NCBI RefSeq assembly: GCF_963921235.1
Contig: NC_086097.1
Location: forward strand, 139,564,001-139,628,000
DNA from: Mobula hypostoma
Lineage: Eukaryota
Direction: 5' to 3'
Length of the DNA: 64,000 nucleotides
Part shown: one piece after another, positions 1-13,300 of the stretch
Numbering within the stretch: position 1 is the stretch's first letter
Layout: every line of letters starts with the position of its first letter
Position numbers and translations under genes: made by a program
Notes under the pieces: generated by a model
Seen by the model: only the letters and a program-made list of their open reading frames with translations
What the model was told of the DNA's origin: nothing
The model's database searches: none

Positions 1-1234
1 AATAGCCAAGTCCAATTTTAAAACTAGGGTTAAGAACCTGCACAGTACATAAAATGAAACTTAACTTAAATACACTTCATTGCAGAACACTTACACACAA
101 AAGATTAGCGAGAGTGGCTGGCAGGTTTAACACAAAGTTCTACTCAAATATTCACTGGTTCAGCGATGGAAAATTAAGCAAGGGATAAGGTTGCTTGACA
201 GTTATGTTTAGTTAAGTAGCCCAGTCTACAAAAATTTGTCGACACCACAAATACCACTTCCGCTGGTCAGAACTGCAAATAGAAGTTTGGTTAATGATAG
301 TTGGCAGTCTGGCTGAATAACTCCATTGCAGTTTTACAGCAACAAATTCCAATATTTACAATATAACATCCTACACATTCCACTAATTTTGGTGCCATTT
401 AAATTTCACAACTCAAATCATCAGTTGCCACAACCCATGTGGAAATTAAAAGGAAGGATACCAAATATGATAAACTTCAAAAAAAAACTGCAGATGCAGA
501 AAATCTAATGAAAGATAGTGGGGCTGAAAAACTAGTTCCTTCTCTCTCTATACACTGCCCGATCTGCTGATCATACTAATGGTGTATTCCTTCTGAAATA
601 GAATTTTCAAAAGCTTTGTGAACCACAGCCATCAATTTGCAAGTCATATTTTTCTGTATTTATCCGGGATAAAAGTTATCCTAGTTATCAGATCATTGAA
701 TGGTCCCTGGAATAATAAGATGGTCTCTTGAAGTTCTGGCCTGTAATTTCTGTGTAACACTTCACTTTGCATTCAGTTATTATTTTCTCCTGTACCTCTA
801 TGCATTGTGTTGAAATGATCTGTTATGGATGGCATACAAAATAAAGTTTTTCACATCTTTGTACATGTGAGAATAATAGACCAATTTACCAGTTATTGAG
901 GTAGATAAATCTCACTCCTTGGAGGATTATTTTATTATATATTATACAAATGCAGTCTTAATCTGTCTCAAATCACATCATTCAGACTCGATTTCTGAAA
1001 CCCACCAAATGTAAAATTTCAAACAAAACATACAACTTCATAAAATTCTAAGTCAGTGGAGAAGAAATGAGAAATTAACTCAAAGATACAACTGCTATGA
1101 GGAATAATGGAAAATGTTACCAATTGTAATAGCACTCAAAACATTTTTCACGGGGAAAATACAAAACTATACAAAAGTGAATGTGGAGAACAGATTAAAA
1201 TAAAGTAGCTTTTTAAAAAGCTGAGAGAACTAAA

Positions 1235-1420
1235 GCCCAGGCAGCATCTATGGAGGGAAATGAACAGTTAATGTTTCGGACTGAAAACCATCATCTGAAG
1301 GGTCTTAGGTTGAAATGTCAACTGTTCATTTTCTTCCATAGATGCTGCCTCACCTACTGAGTTACTACAGAAATTTGTGTAGTTGCTCAAGTTTTCCAGC
1401 ATCTAAAGAATCTTGTGTTC
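1235..1420. mobile_element. Decayed Penelope-like terminal-repeat fragment in inverted arrangement
   Basis: ggcagcatctatggagggaaatgaacagtt is followed by its reverse complement aactgttcattttcttccatagatgctgcc. Same family as 26418-26643. Confidence 0.7.
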
Positions 1421-1589
1421 AGAAAAGAAAAGGCTAAGCTTTGATAGATACAGAAATAGCTTTAACAGAAAGTTTGAATTGCTAACTGGCATGGTCTTCT
1501 GATGAATAGTATCCCATCATATTGGATCATTTCCTTGGTTGATATACTGGTACAGGGCCAATGTTTCACAGTAAGCTTGGCCAGCTTGT

Positions 1590-1720
1590 GCAATTATTCC
1601 CTCTGGGATCAGCTTTAGCATATCACGCCTTTTTAATCTGTACATCAATGAACTGCCAAAATTCAGACTGCAGCTATCCACTTATTCTGGTGACTCGTAC
1701 CATTGTGACTCAAGCTCGTT
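1590..1720 (+). mobile_element. Ancient non-LTR reverse transcriptase fossil
   Basis: Frameshifted FPLGSALA / LFNLYINELP resembles the PQGSVLAPxLFNxYxNDLP RT motif. Confidence 0.45.
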
Positions 1721-2409
1721 GCTTTCCTATCCCAGAAATTATGCTTCTCAACAATTTGAAACTTAATAGATCATTGCACAAAATGCACTGTCAAGTACCA
1801 AAACCATTCCAGCTTCCCTGGAATTTCTACTAAATGGTAAACTTCAGTCTACATGCTATTACCCAGAATTGGTCACCAACACAAAAAACTTACTGAATAT
1901 GTACGTAAGCTGGAACCAGAAATTATCTATCTTTCAACACTCGATCTATCAAGTGAGCAAGTGCTGAAAATGACACCGCACTTCCATTTGAACTTGCTTA
2001 CACACCAAACTAGCAGATACTCATCTATATACTGCTGTGTCCCATTTCAGGTACAGTACACCCCACAGTACAGTACCACTGGCCTGCAATATCATCCCCG
2101 CCACCTTGAATTTTCTGATTTTGTAGAAAGTGCAAGACAGTAATATTTGACACCAGTTAGCTTGAATCATTCACTACACACCACTTTTAGACACAACAAA
2201 TAAGTCAGTCCATTGCCATTCCCCGGTCTTTGCCAACAGTGACAAAAAAGAAAGTGGACAGAACTCAAGTGATTTTTGAGCATGGTTGGGGCATTCATTG
2301 GAAGTGGATAAAAAGGGTAGATATTGAAGTAATTGTAAAGTCGCAAACAAGAGGAAATAACTACAAAAGAAGCAGCTGGTCCTTTTAAATTAGCATAGAT
2401 AGCAAGACG

Positions 2410-2775
2410 GTGGAGAATCTCTGGAATTCTTTAAGACAAGGTTGGAAAGATTTTTGCATATTAGGAGAACTAAGGGTCATGGGGAAAGGCAGGTAGGTGG
2501 AAATGAGTCCATGGCCAGATCAGCCATGATCTTATTGAATGGTGGAGCAGGCTTGACAGGCCAGATGGCCTACTCCTGATTGTTGTGGAGGCCAGATCAT
2601 TAGACACATTTAAAATGGAGATAGATATATATTGAAAGATCAAACTGTTGAGGGTTATGAGGAAATGGCACACAGAAAAGGAGTTGAGGCTAACGTAGAT
2701 CAGCCATAAACATAGCGTATAGTGGAGCAGGTTTGAGGGTTCTGTTAGTCTACTCCTGTTTAATTTTTCTTGTGA
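2410..2775 (+). mobile_element. Two CR1 LINE 3' ends
   Basis: CR1 3'UTR hallmarks gatcagccatgatc...gaatggtggagcaggc...ggcctactcctg, as at 13305-13379. Confidence 0.75.
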
Positions 2776-5379
2776 TCTGATTGGTCATTTAGACAAACTA
2801 CGGTCTGTTATATTGTGCACTTAGCTGGACCAAAAAAATTTCAAGTCACTTCACAACCTGAAAAAATATCCAACCTTGCTAATAATTATTAAGTTAGGCA
2901 GCACATCCAGCATGAGAAGTAAAACATTGTAAAGGACATTCATTCAAAAAGCAGTTAATAAATTATATGTAAAGAATCAAACACATTATCTGTAATAAAA
3001 CTTTGTATATCACTCTAGAAAAAGACCAGTAATTTAAATGGATCTCTAGCAAATAAAAATCACAAACATACACTGAAGGGTTGTTTCCAATTATGTCTTG
3101 TTTTTGTCAACAGCTACATTCATTTGACAAGTTGGAAATTCGAAGACAATTGGTGCTGCAAGAATTTTAAGTACGAAAGCAGTTCATTGCTACTTTCTGC
3201 AGGCTGGCACTGACAAATCTGGCTAGCACAAAAACTAACTATTGTATCCAGACTGATAGGTTTTGTTTGTTCTTCAATCAATACAGTGAGACCCTTTATT
3301 GCTGGAACATTACAATATTTCACTTCATCATGAACAAACTAATGAATATTCCTGTCATTTGAAATCCTGAAAATATCGGCTGGTATTCATAAAAACTATG
3401 GGCCTTTATTCAACTGAAATCTTCAGATAAGCTATATAGTTTACAGGTAGTTGTTTATCTTCCCAAAGATGGAACACAAATACAATCACAAATAAAAGCA
3501 TGACAAATTGTGAAATAAAACACCATTTACACACAATATTTAATTCCACCCTCCTTGCTATCCTATTGCACACTCAAAAATTAAATTTTCCGTATCACTC
3601 AAGTAGAACTGGCAATTCACAACCAATTTGGGCTAAGTAATTTTTTTGGTAACACTCAGAAGCTTAATTTCATGTTAACTCAAAGCACTGAATCAAATTC
3701 ACAAAAATCAGAAGACACTAACTGCACTGAAAAGCCATGAGTCACAACAAATAGTAACATGAGCTGGCTGGATAATGTGGAAGAATAATAAAATCCAAAC
3801 CATATAGCAGATAATTGAGAAATGCAACGTGATCTAAATTACAACACAGAACATTCATGTCATTCTGATTTTTTAATGAATAAGAAATCTTCAACAAAAC
3901 TCACAAGCAGCACTGAGAATCCAGATGTGAGTTAATCCTTGGGAAACTTCAGGACCGACCATTGCTGCTGCAAGTAGGGATCAAGCTAAAATACCCTGTT
4001 ACTTAATTTCAAAAGTCCTTCAGTTGTGCAAAAAAAAATTATTCATGTCACTTTTTCAAGATGCAGGTAGTTTTAGTTATTTAAATTGCTAAGCATAAGA
4101 TCATACTTCCTGACAGCAATTTTTTCACTGCATAATTACCCTCCTTTAGGAGTCATTAAGTTTCATTGTATTTTCAATTAATACCTACAAATTATATCAA
4201 AACATGTTTTGCCTGGTATTTTTGAACCAATGTACCAAGACCTCTGACTAATCTTGTTACCTTGCATTCTCGGCACAAAATTAACCAGAATGTACCTCAG
4301 TTGTTTCCTTCACACAGGAAGTAGGAACTGGGGAATCTGACTTTTCTGCTCAAATCTGTTCATTGTCAATCTTCTGTACATCACAAAACTAACAAATTTC
4401 CTTGGCCATGTTGTTGTCTAATAAAAACCTATCAAATTCAGCTAGCATCTCTCAATTTTTTATGACAGTATATTCTATACTTACCTCCTTTCGTGGTGTA
4501 TTTTCTAACTTCTCTTCTGGATGGCTTTGCCCATCTCGGCTACTAAAGTTACAGCAACTTGAACTGGATTTCTCACTGACATAATGCTTCAATTTACCCC
4601 AGTAATTACTGAAAATTTAAAATATGACAAAACTCTGAAAGTCTTGTAATGCTACAGTCCAGACGTGGTCTAAGGGCAATGCAAAGCAGCAAAACTAAAG
4701 CTAACATTCTATTATGATGAATTATTTTATGATTATAAACTTAACATTTAACAAACGTCAAATGTGTTCCTCTTTATTCCAATTAGAACCAGGCCACAAT
4801 TTTGTTCACTCAAACTTTGTAACCTTCTGCGCCATTCACATAACTGAATATGCCGCTAACCTGTGTGCTGATTTTCAAATTTGGTTATGTGCCTCCGATG
4901 AATAACCAAGTCATTATAGTGAATATTTGCAGTTCCTGCATAACGTTGTGGTCACCTTTAAATCACTTCTTTCCCAGTAAAGCCCATTCTATTCCATTAA
5001 CCATCTAACTCATGTCCTACCCCAGGTTAATAATCTGTTTTTAATTACTTGGATTTCAGACTTAAGTAACAGATTCCTCTGTGCAGTCTTGCTAAGTTCG
5101 TTTTGGAAATCAACATCAGCAATGGCCAAAGACATCTTTCTCCACTACTGTACATAGTTCCATTAAGTAATTATGGTACTCACTTCTTTACAATTCTACT
5201 TTGGCTCTAACTAGCATTATTTTTTTTCCTCAAGGACTAACTGATCACTAAATTTCATTAAAAGTTCAGCGACTTTTTCTTCCTACTTTTTCCGAAGACA
5301 TGTAGCTGCATTTACTACTTTCTTAGATAAGAGGAGAAATCCTTATTTAAGGGTAGCATAGAAACTACTGCTTAGCAGT

Positions 5380-5725
5380 TCAGAGGAGATCTGAAAGAGG
5401 TATACAAAATTATGAGGGGTATAGATAGGGTAAATGCAAGCAGGTTGGGTAGGACTATAACTGGAGGTCATGGGTTAAAGGTGAATGGTGAAATGCTTAA
5501 GGGGAACTTGAGGAGATCTTCTTCAATCAGAGGGTGATGAGAGTGTGGAACAAGCTGTTAATGCAAGTGGTGCATGTGAGATCAATTTCAATGTTTAAGT
5601 CTGGATAGCTATACGGCCGGTAGGGGTATGGAGGGCTATAGCCACAGTGCAGGTCAATGGGATGGCTCAGCATGGACTAGATGGCCCAAAAGGCCCGTTG
5701 CTGTGCTGTACTTTTTATGACTATG
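5380..5725 (+). mobile_element. CR1 LINE 3' fragment
   Basis: Decayed RGDLIEVYKIMRG...TRGH-like ORF2 end plus a 3'UTR tail. Confidence 0.7.
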
Positions 5726-5729
5726 TTAC

Positions 5730-6230
5730 TTCCTCTGCTGCTCCCCTTAAAGCAAAAGATGGAATACAACAGACCATGGCAATTTGCCACTCTTTAATCT
5801 CATTAATCTTTCTAATATTGTCCTCTTACATACTTCGAGTTCCAGCCCATGGTTTATTATTTGTTCCTCTCCATCATCAGATATGTTAGCTTCCTCTTCT
5901 ATTGTGCAGATGAAGTAATTATTCAACAAGTCTGACATTTCCTCACTTTCATTTGAAATATTACTTGCATCTATTTCCAAGAGGCTCTATATTACCTCGA
6001 ATACAACTGAAAAATGCTAATGTTGGAATTCATTGCATGTGGCCCTGCTTTCAAAGTCCTTGATTGTCTGTCTTCCATGTCCTTTATCTCTGCCCCAGTA
6101 CAAGTCTATACTTCCTTCATTACCTTTACAAAGTGGAGCTCTATCAACAAGTACAGAATAGTCTTGAATGCAAGTAAATTGGTTTGTGAACTCCTCCCAA
6201 CATTTAACTATATTTTCTCCCATTAAAAAT
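5730..6230 (-). mobile_element. Old CR1 ORF2 fragment
   Basis: ORF 5747-5980 contains EEMSDLLNNYF, homologous to KEMADELNDYF in the CR1 copy at 9542. Confidence 0.55.
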
Positions 6231-7409
6231 TGGTGAGAATTTAGTTTTGTCAGCTTCCATCACACCCGCTTAGACTGCATTAACAGCTAGTAAGTCCAGA
6301 TTTTGGTAAGTTTCTCATCTTTAAATGTTAATAAATGTTGCCAGATCAGATTAACAGCAGTCTTTTGCATCATCTGTCAATGAAACTAACCTGGCTTGAG
6401 GTCCTTCTGGTTCCAGCCAGCACATAACACTCTCAAACACACTCAAAAGAATCATTACATATCTTTTTTGTGATGCATTGTTCTTCCATTAAAACAAATT
6501 AAACTTTACTACAAGCCTTTTTGATTGACATTCATATATCACGCCCCTTAGCAGCTGCTAACAGGAAGTCTGTAGACACCTCATGAAGCACTTTAAAGCC
6601 CTTCTATTCCTTCATCTAAACCATTCTAAAATGAACAGATGGAATAAAAACTGAAAAATGCCCAGGGATACTTGGGTAAATATGTTTTACCCCCCAAATC
6701 AGAGACCACTTTTCAGATTGTTACTTATTCGACTAAAAGGAAAATCACATCTCTTCACCTTGCCAAGTAACAAACTTGGTAGGCCGGATTTAAAACTGGT
6801 TAGAGAGCAATATGAAAAAGTCTTGAAACTATTCCAAATCTGTTGGTTTACAAGTTACAGTGAAAATTTGACATTTGGTTTTATTTTTAAACTACAGAGA
6901 AACCTCCAGCAATGCCACAGGCATTGGAAGAAAGACAACATGAGTAAAATGAATTTAATCTTTCTTGGGTTGAAGCCGACTTGTGCCAGACAGACTGATG
7001 TGAGGAAACTGCACAATGAGGCAACATGTGGCAAATACAAACAAGGGGTTTGTGAATAAGAGAGGCCCTACTAAGTGGTACAGTGGCTTGTATTTTGACA
7101 CCACTCCTCCAAATGGACCTTGAAATCAGGTGAATCCAAAGCACAAGAAATTTCAACATCTGGCATCTTGACATTCATTATGCCTCTACCCTTTGGGCAT
7201 ATTTACATCAAGCACTCACTTTATAGGCATATGCCTTTTTAATCAGAGAATCCCAAAAGTGAAATAAATATTTAGTCTACATAACAAGCTCAACAGTTAA
7301 CTTTTAGACTCTAGTAAATATTGGCACTTTTGTAATAATCTTTTAATACCCAAATGGAGAACTTGGATAGCATTTGAAATCTACAGCACAGCAAGCTTTC
7401 AAAATGTTA

Positions 7410-7760
7410 TAATGGTTCAGGAACAGTTATTACCTCTCAAACATCAAGATCTTGAACCAGAGGGATAACTTCACTCACCCGCATTACTCAACTATTCCCA
7501 CAACCCATGGATTCACCTTCAAGGACTCTTCATCTCATGTTCTCTATATTTATTGTTTTTTTTTCTCTCTTTCTTTTTGAATTTGCAGTTTGTTATTTTC
7601 AGTTTGCACGCTGGTTGTTGTCTGTCCTTTAGGGTGGGCTTCTTCAAAGATTCTAATGTGTTTCTTGTATTTACTGTGATTGCCCACAAGAAAATGAATC
7701 TTAGGGCTGTATATGATGAGAGGTATGCACTTCAATAATAAATTTTACTTTGAACTTTGG
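7410..7760 (+). mobile_element. Rex1/Babar LINE 3'UTR
   Basis: ggttcaggaacagttattacc...aataataaattttactttgaactttg is the same tail seen inverted at 24250 and 62565. Confidence 0.7.
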
Positions 7761-7945
7761 AGTAATATATTCTAACTTTCAGATTATATTGGGTTGCTTC
7801 ATCCATTGCAGACACACTGGAGATTTATGTCAAAGACAACCGGCCAACAAATTGAAACAGAATCCCAACCCCCACCTCAGTACTCCATGTATGGATACAT
7901 GTATGATCATTGTTGCAAAAAAAAAAGCGCAAAACATGTTGAACG

Positions 7946-8736
7946 CAGTGGATTTCACTGACCATCAGTTAACCAGGGCAGCCACTTATTTGGGACAAAC
8001 CTTAGGATTCCCTTCGTTGATTTATGACACTATGCTGTTTGACTGAGACAGGAGACTGTAGCCGAACAGTTTCTAACTAGCATCAGTTGAGTGCATTTGC
8101 ATGGCCGTTAGACACTACACTATGCTTAGAGCGAACAGGTTTTAAATAGTATCAGTTGAGCGTGTTTGTGTTCAAATAGCAGTGATTTTTGTCACTAATA
8201 GTTGGAAGGAAATAAGCAGTAAACAATTTAGAACTGATTTGCTCACTGTGGTTTCAAGTATCTAAGCTTAGAGATGCCAGAAAGGGGCAGGACTGAAAAT
8301 GAAATTATTTCACTACTTCAAGTTAGGAACTACGAACAATTTGAAGGTATTGACGATTGTCTTGGAAGTTACAATGAAAATGAAGATTTGGAGTTTACAA
8401 TCATCAAAAGCATTGTATGAAGGCAGTCCATTATCTACACACTGTGTCTGCGTTAATTTTGTTCATTTAGAACATGAAAGTATATATTGGATGAATTCCT
8501 CAGTCAATAACTATTAGGTATCAATACACAGTTTCAGAGTACTACAATAGTATTGATAGTGCTCTAATTTGTTCTGTATTTCATTTAAATACATAATTCA
8601 TTACTCAGTTAAATGGTAATTTCTCTTTTTTATACCTTTTTAATTACTTCCACGAAACTTCAGCTTATTAGGACAGCTGTTTAACTGAACCAAAATACAA
8701 TGGTCCTGATGTATCCCAATTAACTGGAATTCATTG
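7946..8736. mobile_element. Putative Tigger/pogo-like non-autonomous DNA transposon
   Basis: Imperfect terminal inverted repeats cagtggatttc... / ...ggaattcattg. No ORF. Confidence 0.4.
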
Positions 8737-8813
8737 CCACTTCAATTCAACACAAGTACAAACACTCATTTTAAAACTAAACCAGCCATACATTTTGCAG
8801 ACTGAAGACATAC

Positions 8814-8920
8814 CATGACTGTTTTTTTGATCCTATGTGAAGGGCCGGGGTACTCTGATGAATACAAATCTGTCAGAAACAAAGAGTTGATGAGCGTCGA
8901 CTTTCCTAATCCTGATTCAC
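8814..8920 (-). CDS. SEPTIN7: Septin 7, exon 4 ([36 protein letters not shown]), GTPase G1/P-loop
   Basis: 107 nt with acceptor tatgttgcag| and donor |gtatgt. The phase-1 start fits exon 3. It carries the [10 protein letters not shown]-loop and the SEPT7-type [12 protein letters not shown]. Confidence 0.97.
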
Positions 8921-10369
8921 CTGCAACATAAAGTTAAGAAAAAGTTCAGTGTCAGGCAACACATTCTACAACTTACATGCATTCCTAAATGTTGTTAAGA
9001 GTCTTCACCCTCTTGCACTTCCGACATGAAAAACATTGTTTGCCGCAGTGAGATTATTCAAGACCTGTTAAAGCGATGTGAACAAATAAATTACCAGAAT
9101 TTCACTGTGCATCCAAAACCAGCAATTTAAACTAATCAATAACCAAACTACTCTCAGAGTTTTCAAATTAATTATACAAGTTCTGTCAAACAGCGCAGTG
9201 AAGGCCATCAACCTGAAACATTGATGGTTTTCCCCTTCACTGATACCAGATGATTTGGCGTGCATTTCTGGGAAAAATGAGGAAGGTACAGGATATGTGT
9301 ATTCCAAAAGTGAAGAAATACTCAAATGGCAAAATAGTACAACCGTGGCTGACAAGGGAAGTCAAAACTAATGTAAAAACAAAAGAGAAGGCATACAACA
9401 AAGCAAAAATTAGTGGGAGTATAGAGGATTGGGAAGTTTTTAAAACCAACAGAGAGCAACTAAAATAATTATTAGAAGGGAAAACATGAAATATGAAAGC
9501 AAGCGAAAATATCAAAGTGGATAGTAAAAACTTTTTCAAGTATGAAAAAAAACAAAAGACAGATGAGAGTGGATATAGGACCGCTAGAAAATGAGGCAGG
9601 AGAAATAACAACAGGAGACAAGGAGATGGCAGATGAACTAAATGATTATTTTCCATCAGTCTTCACTGTGGAAGACACTAGCAGTGTGCCAGATGTTGTA
9701 GTGTGTGAAGGAAGAGAAGTGAGTGCAGTTACTATTACAAGGGAGAAGGTGCTCAAAAAAGCTGAAAGACCTAAAAGTACATAAGTCACCCGGACCAGAT
9801 GAACTGCACCCTAGGATTCTGAAAGAGGTAATGTTAGAGATTGTGGCGGCATTAGAAATCTTTCAAAAATCATTAGACTCTGGCATGGTGCCAGAAGACT
9901 GGAAAACTGCAAATGTCACTCCACTCTTTAAGAAAAGGAGGAAAGCAGCAGAAAGGAAATTATAGACCAGTTAACCTGACCTCAGTGGTTGGGAAGATGT
10001 TAGAGTCAATTGTCAAGAATGAGGTGACACTGGACAAGATAGGACAAAGTCAGCAAGGTTTCCTTCAAAATCCTGCCTGACAAATCTTTTGGAATTCTTT
10101 GAGGAGATTACAGTAGAATAGATAAACAGGATGCAGTGGATGTTGTATACCTGGACTTTCAGAAGGCCTTTGACAAGGTGCCACACAAGGCTGCATACCA
10201 AGTTAAGAACCCATGGTATTACAGGAAAGTTACGAAGCTGGTTAGAGTATTGGCTGATTAGAAGAACGCAGCAAGTGGAAATAAAAGGATCTCTTGTCTG
10301 GTTGGCTGCCAGTGACTAGTGGTGATCCACATGGGTCGGTGTTGGGACCACTTCTTTTCATGCTGTATC

Positions 10370-13300
10370 TCGAGGAAAAGGAGCCACTAGGAGGTAGTGA
10401 CCATAATATGAAAAGTTTTTGAGAGGGAGAAGGGAAAATCGGAAGTGTCATTATTATAGTTGAACAAAGGGGACTATGGACCCTTGAGGGAGCAGCTGGC
10501 CAAAGTTGACTGGAAAGATACCCGAGCAGGGATGATAGTGGAACAACAATGGCAGGTATTTCTGGGAATAATACAGAAGGTACAGGATCAGTTCATTCCA
10601 AAGAGGAAAAAAGATTCTAAGGGAAGTAAGGGGCGACCGTGGATGACAAGGGAAGTCAAGGACAGTATAAAAATAAAAGAGAGGAAGTATAACATAGCAA
10701 GGATGAGCGGGAAGCCAGAAGATTGGGAGACTTTTAAGGAGCAACAGAAGATAACTAAAAAGGCAATACGGGGGGGGGGGGGGGGATGAGGTACGAAGGT
10801 AAGTTAGCCAAGAATATAAAGGAGGATAGTAAAAGCTTCTTTAGGTATGTGAAGAGGAAAAAATTAGTTAAGACCAAAGTTGGGCCCTTGAAGAAAGAAA
10901 CGGGTGAAATTATTATGGGGAACAAGGAAATGGCAGACAAGCTGAACAGGTACTTTGGATCTGTCTTCACTAGGGAAGACACAAACAATCTCCCAGATGT
11001 AATAGTGGCCAGAGGACCTAGGGTAACGGAGGAACTGAAGGAAATTCGTATTAGGCAGAAAATGGAGTTGGGTAAACGGATGGGACTGAAGGCTGATAAA
11101 TCCCCAGGGCCTGATGGTCTGCATCCCAGTGTACTTAAGGAGGTGGCTCTAGAAATCGTGGACATATTGGTAATCATTTTCCAATGTTCTATAGATTCAT
11201 GATCGGTTCCTGCGGATTGGAGGGTAGCTAATGTTATCCCACTTTTTAAGAAAGGAGGGAGAGAGAAAACAGGCAATTATAGACCAGTTAGTCTGACATC
11301 AGTGGTGGGGAAGATGCTGGAGTCAATTATAAAAGATGAAATAGCAGCATTTTTGGCTAGCAGTAGCAGGATAGGTCCGAGTCAGCATGGATTTATGAAG
11401 GGGAAATCATGCTTGACTAATCTTCTGGAATTTTTTGAGGATGTAATTATAAAAATGGACATGGGAAAGCCAGTGTACTGGACTTTCAGAAAGCCTTTGA
11501 TAAGGTCCCACATAGGAGGTTAGGGGGCAAAATTAGAGCACATGGTATTGGAGGCAGAGTACTGACATGGATTGAAAATTGGCTGGCAGACAGGAAACAA
11601 AGAGTAGGGATAAATGGGTCCTTTTCAGAATGGCAGGCAGTGACTAGTGGGGTACCGCAAGGCTTGGTGCTGGGACCGCAGCTATTTACAATATACATTA
11701 ATATCCAGAAATAGTAAGGGACAGAGGGTCCAGTGAGATGGAGGAACTGAGTGAAATACATGTTAGTAGGGAAGTGGTGTTAGGTAAATTGAAGGGATTG
11801 AAGGCAGATAAATCCCCAGGGCCAGATGGTCTGCATCCTAGAGTGCTTAAGGAAGTAGCCCAAGAAATACTGGATGCATTAGTGATAATTTTTCAAAACT
11901 CGTTAGATTCTGGACTAGTTCCTGAGGATTGGAGGGTGGCTAATGTAACCCCAATTTTTAAAAAAGGAGGGAGAGAGAAACCGGGGAATTATAGACCGGT
12001 TAGCCTAACGTCGGTGGTGGGGAAACGGCTGGAGTCAGTTATCAAGGATGTGATAACAGCACATTTGGAAAGCGGTGAAATCATCGGACAAATTCAGCAT
12101 GGATTTGTGAAAGGAAAATCATGTCTGACGAATCTCATAGAATTTTTTGAGGATGTAACTAGTAGAGTGGATAGGGGAGAACCAGTGGATGTGGTATATT
12201 TGGATTTTCAAAAGGCTTTTGACAAGGTCCCACACAGGAGATTAGTGTGCAAACTTAAAGCACACGGTATTGGGGGTAAGGTATTGGTGTGGGTGGAGAA
12301 TTGGTTAGCAGACAGGAAGCAAAGAGTGGGAATAAACGGGACCTTTTCAGAATGGCAGGCAGTGACTAGTGGGGTACCGCAAGGCTCAGTGCTGGGACCC
12401 CAGTTGTTTACAATATATATTAATGACTTGGATGAGGGAATTAAATGCAGCATCTCCAAGTTTGCGGATGACACGAAGCTGGGTGGCAGTGTTAGCAGTG
12501 AGGAGGATGCTAAGAGGATGCAGAGTGACTTGGATAGGTTGGGTGAGTGGGCAAACTCATGGCAGATGCAATTTAATGTGGATAAATGTGAAGTTATCCA
12601 CTTTGGTGGCAAAAATAGGAAAACAGATTATTATCTGAATGGTGGCCGATTAGGAAAAGGGGAGGTGCAACGAGACCTGGGTGTCATTATACACCAGTCA
12701 TTGAAAGTGGGCATGCAGGTACAGCAGGCGGTGAAAAAGGCGAATGGTATGCTGGCATTTATAGCGAGAGGATTCGAGTACAGGAGCAGGGAGGTACTAC
12801 TGCAGTTGTACAAGGCCTTGGTGAGACCACACCTGGAGTATTGTGTGCAGTTTTGGTCCCCTAATCTGAGGAAAGACATCTTTGCCATAGAGGGAGTACA
12901 AAGAAGGTTCACCAGATTGATTCCTGGGATGGCAGACTTCCATATGAAGAATGACTGGATGAACTGGGCTTGTACTCGTTGGAATTTAGAAGATTGAGGG
13001 GGGATCTGATTGAAACGTATAAGATCCTAAAGGGATTGGACAGGCTAGATGCAGGAAGATTGTTCCCGATGTTGGGGAAGTCCAGAACGAGGGGTCACAG
13101 TTTGAGGATAGAGGGGAGGCCATTTAGGACCGAGATTAGGAAAAACTTCTTCACACAGAGAGTGGTGAATCTGTGGAATTCTCTGCCACAGGAAACTGTT
13201 GAGGCCAGTTCATTGGCTATGTTTAAGAGGGAGTTAGATATGGCCCTTGTGGCTACAGGGGTCAGGGGGTATGGAGGGAAGACTGGGGCGGGGTTCTGAG

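Noticed and set aside
6658..7059. 133-aa plus-strand ORF
   Set aside because: No recognisable domain, no convincing splice or promoter context, and it is antisense within an intron.
1..8813. Search for SEPTIN7 exon 5 ([27 protein letters not shown]-like)
   Set aside because: Not found by eye on the minus strand. It is presumed to lie beyond the left edge of the window.
9009..9064. Possible extra exon just upstream of exon 4
   Set aside because: The donor is weak (gtgaag) and a stop follows immediately. The stronger gtaagt at 8971-8976 would leave only a 56-nt intron.
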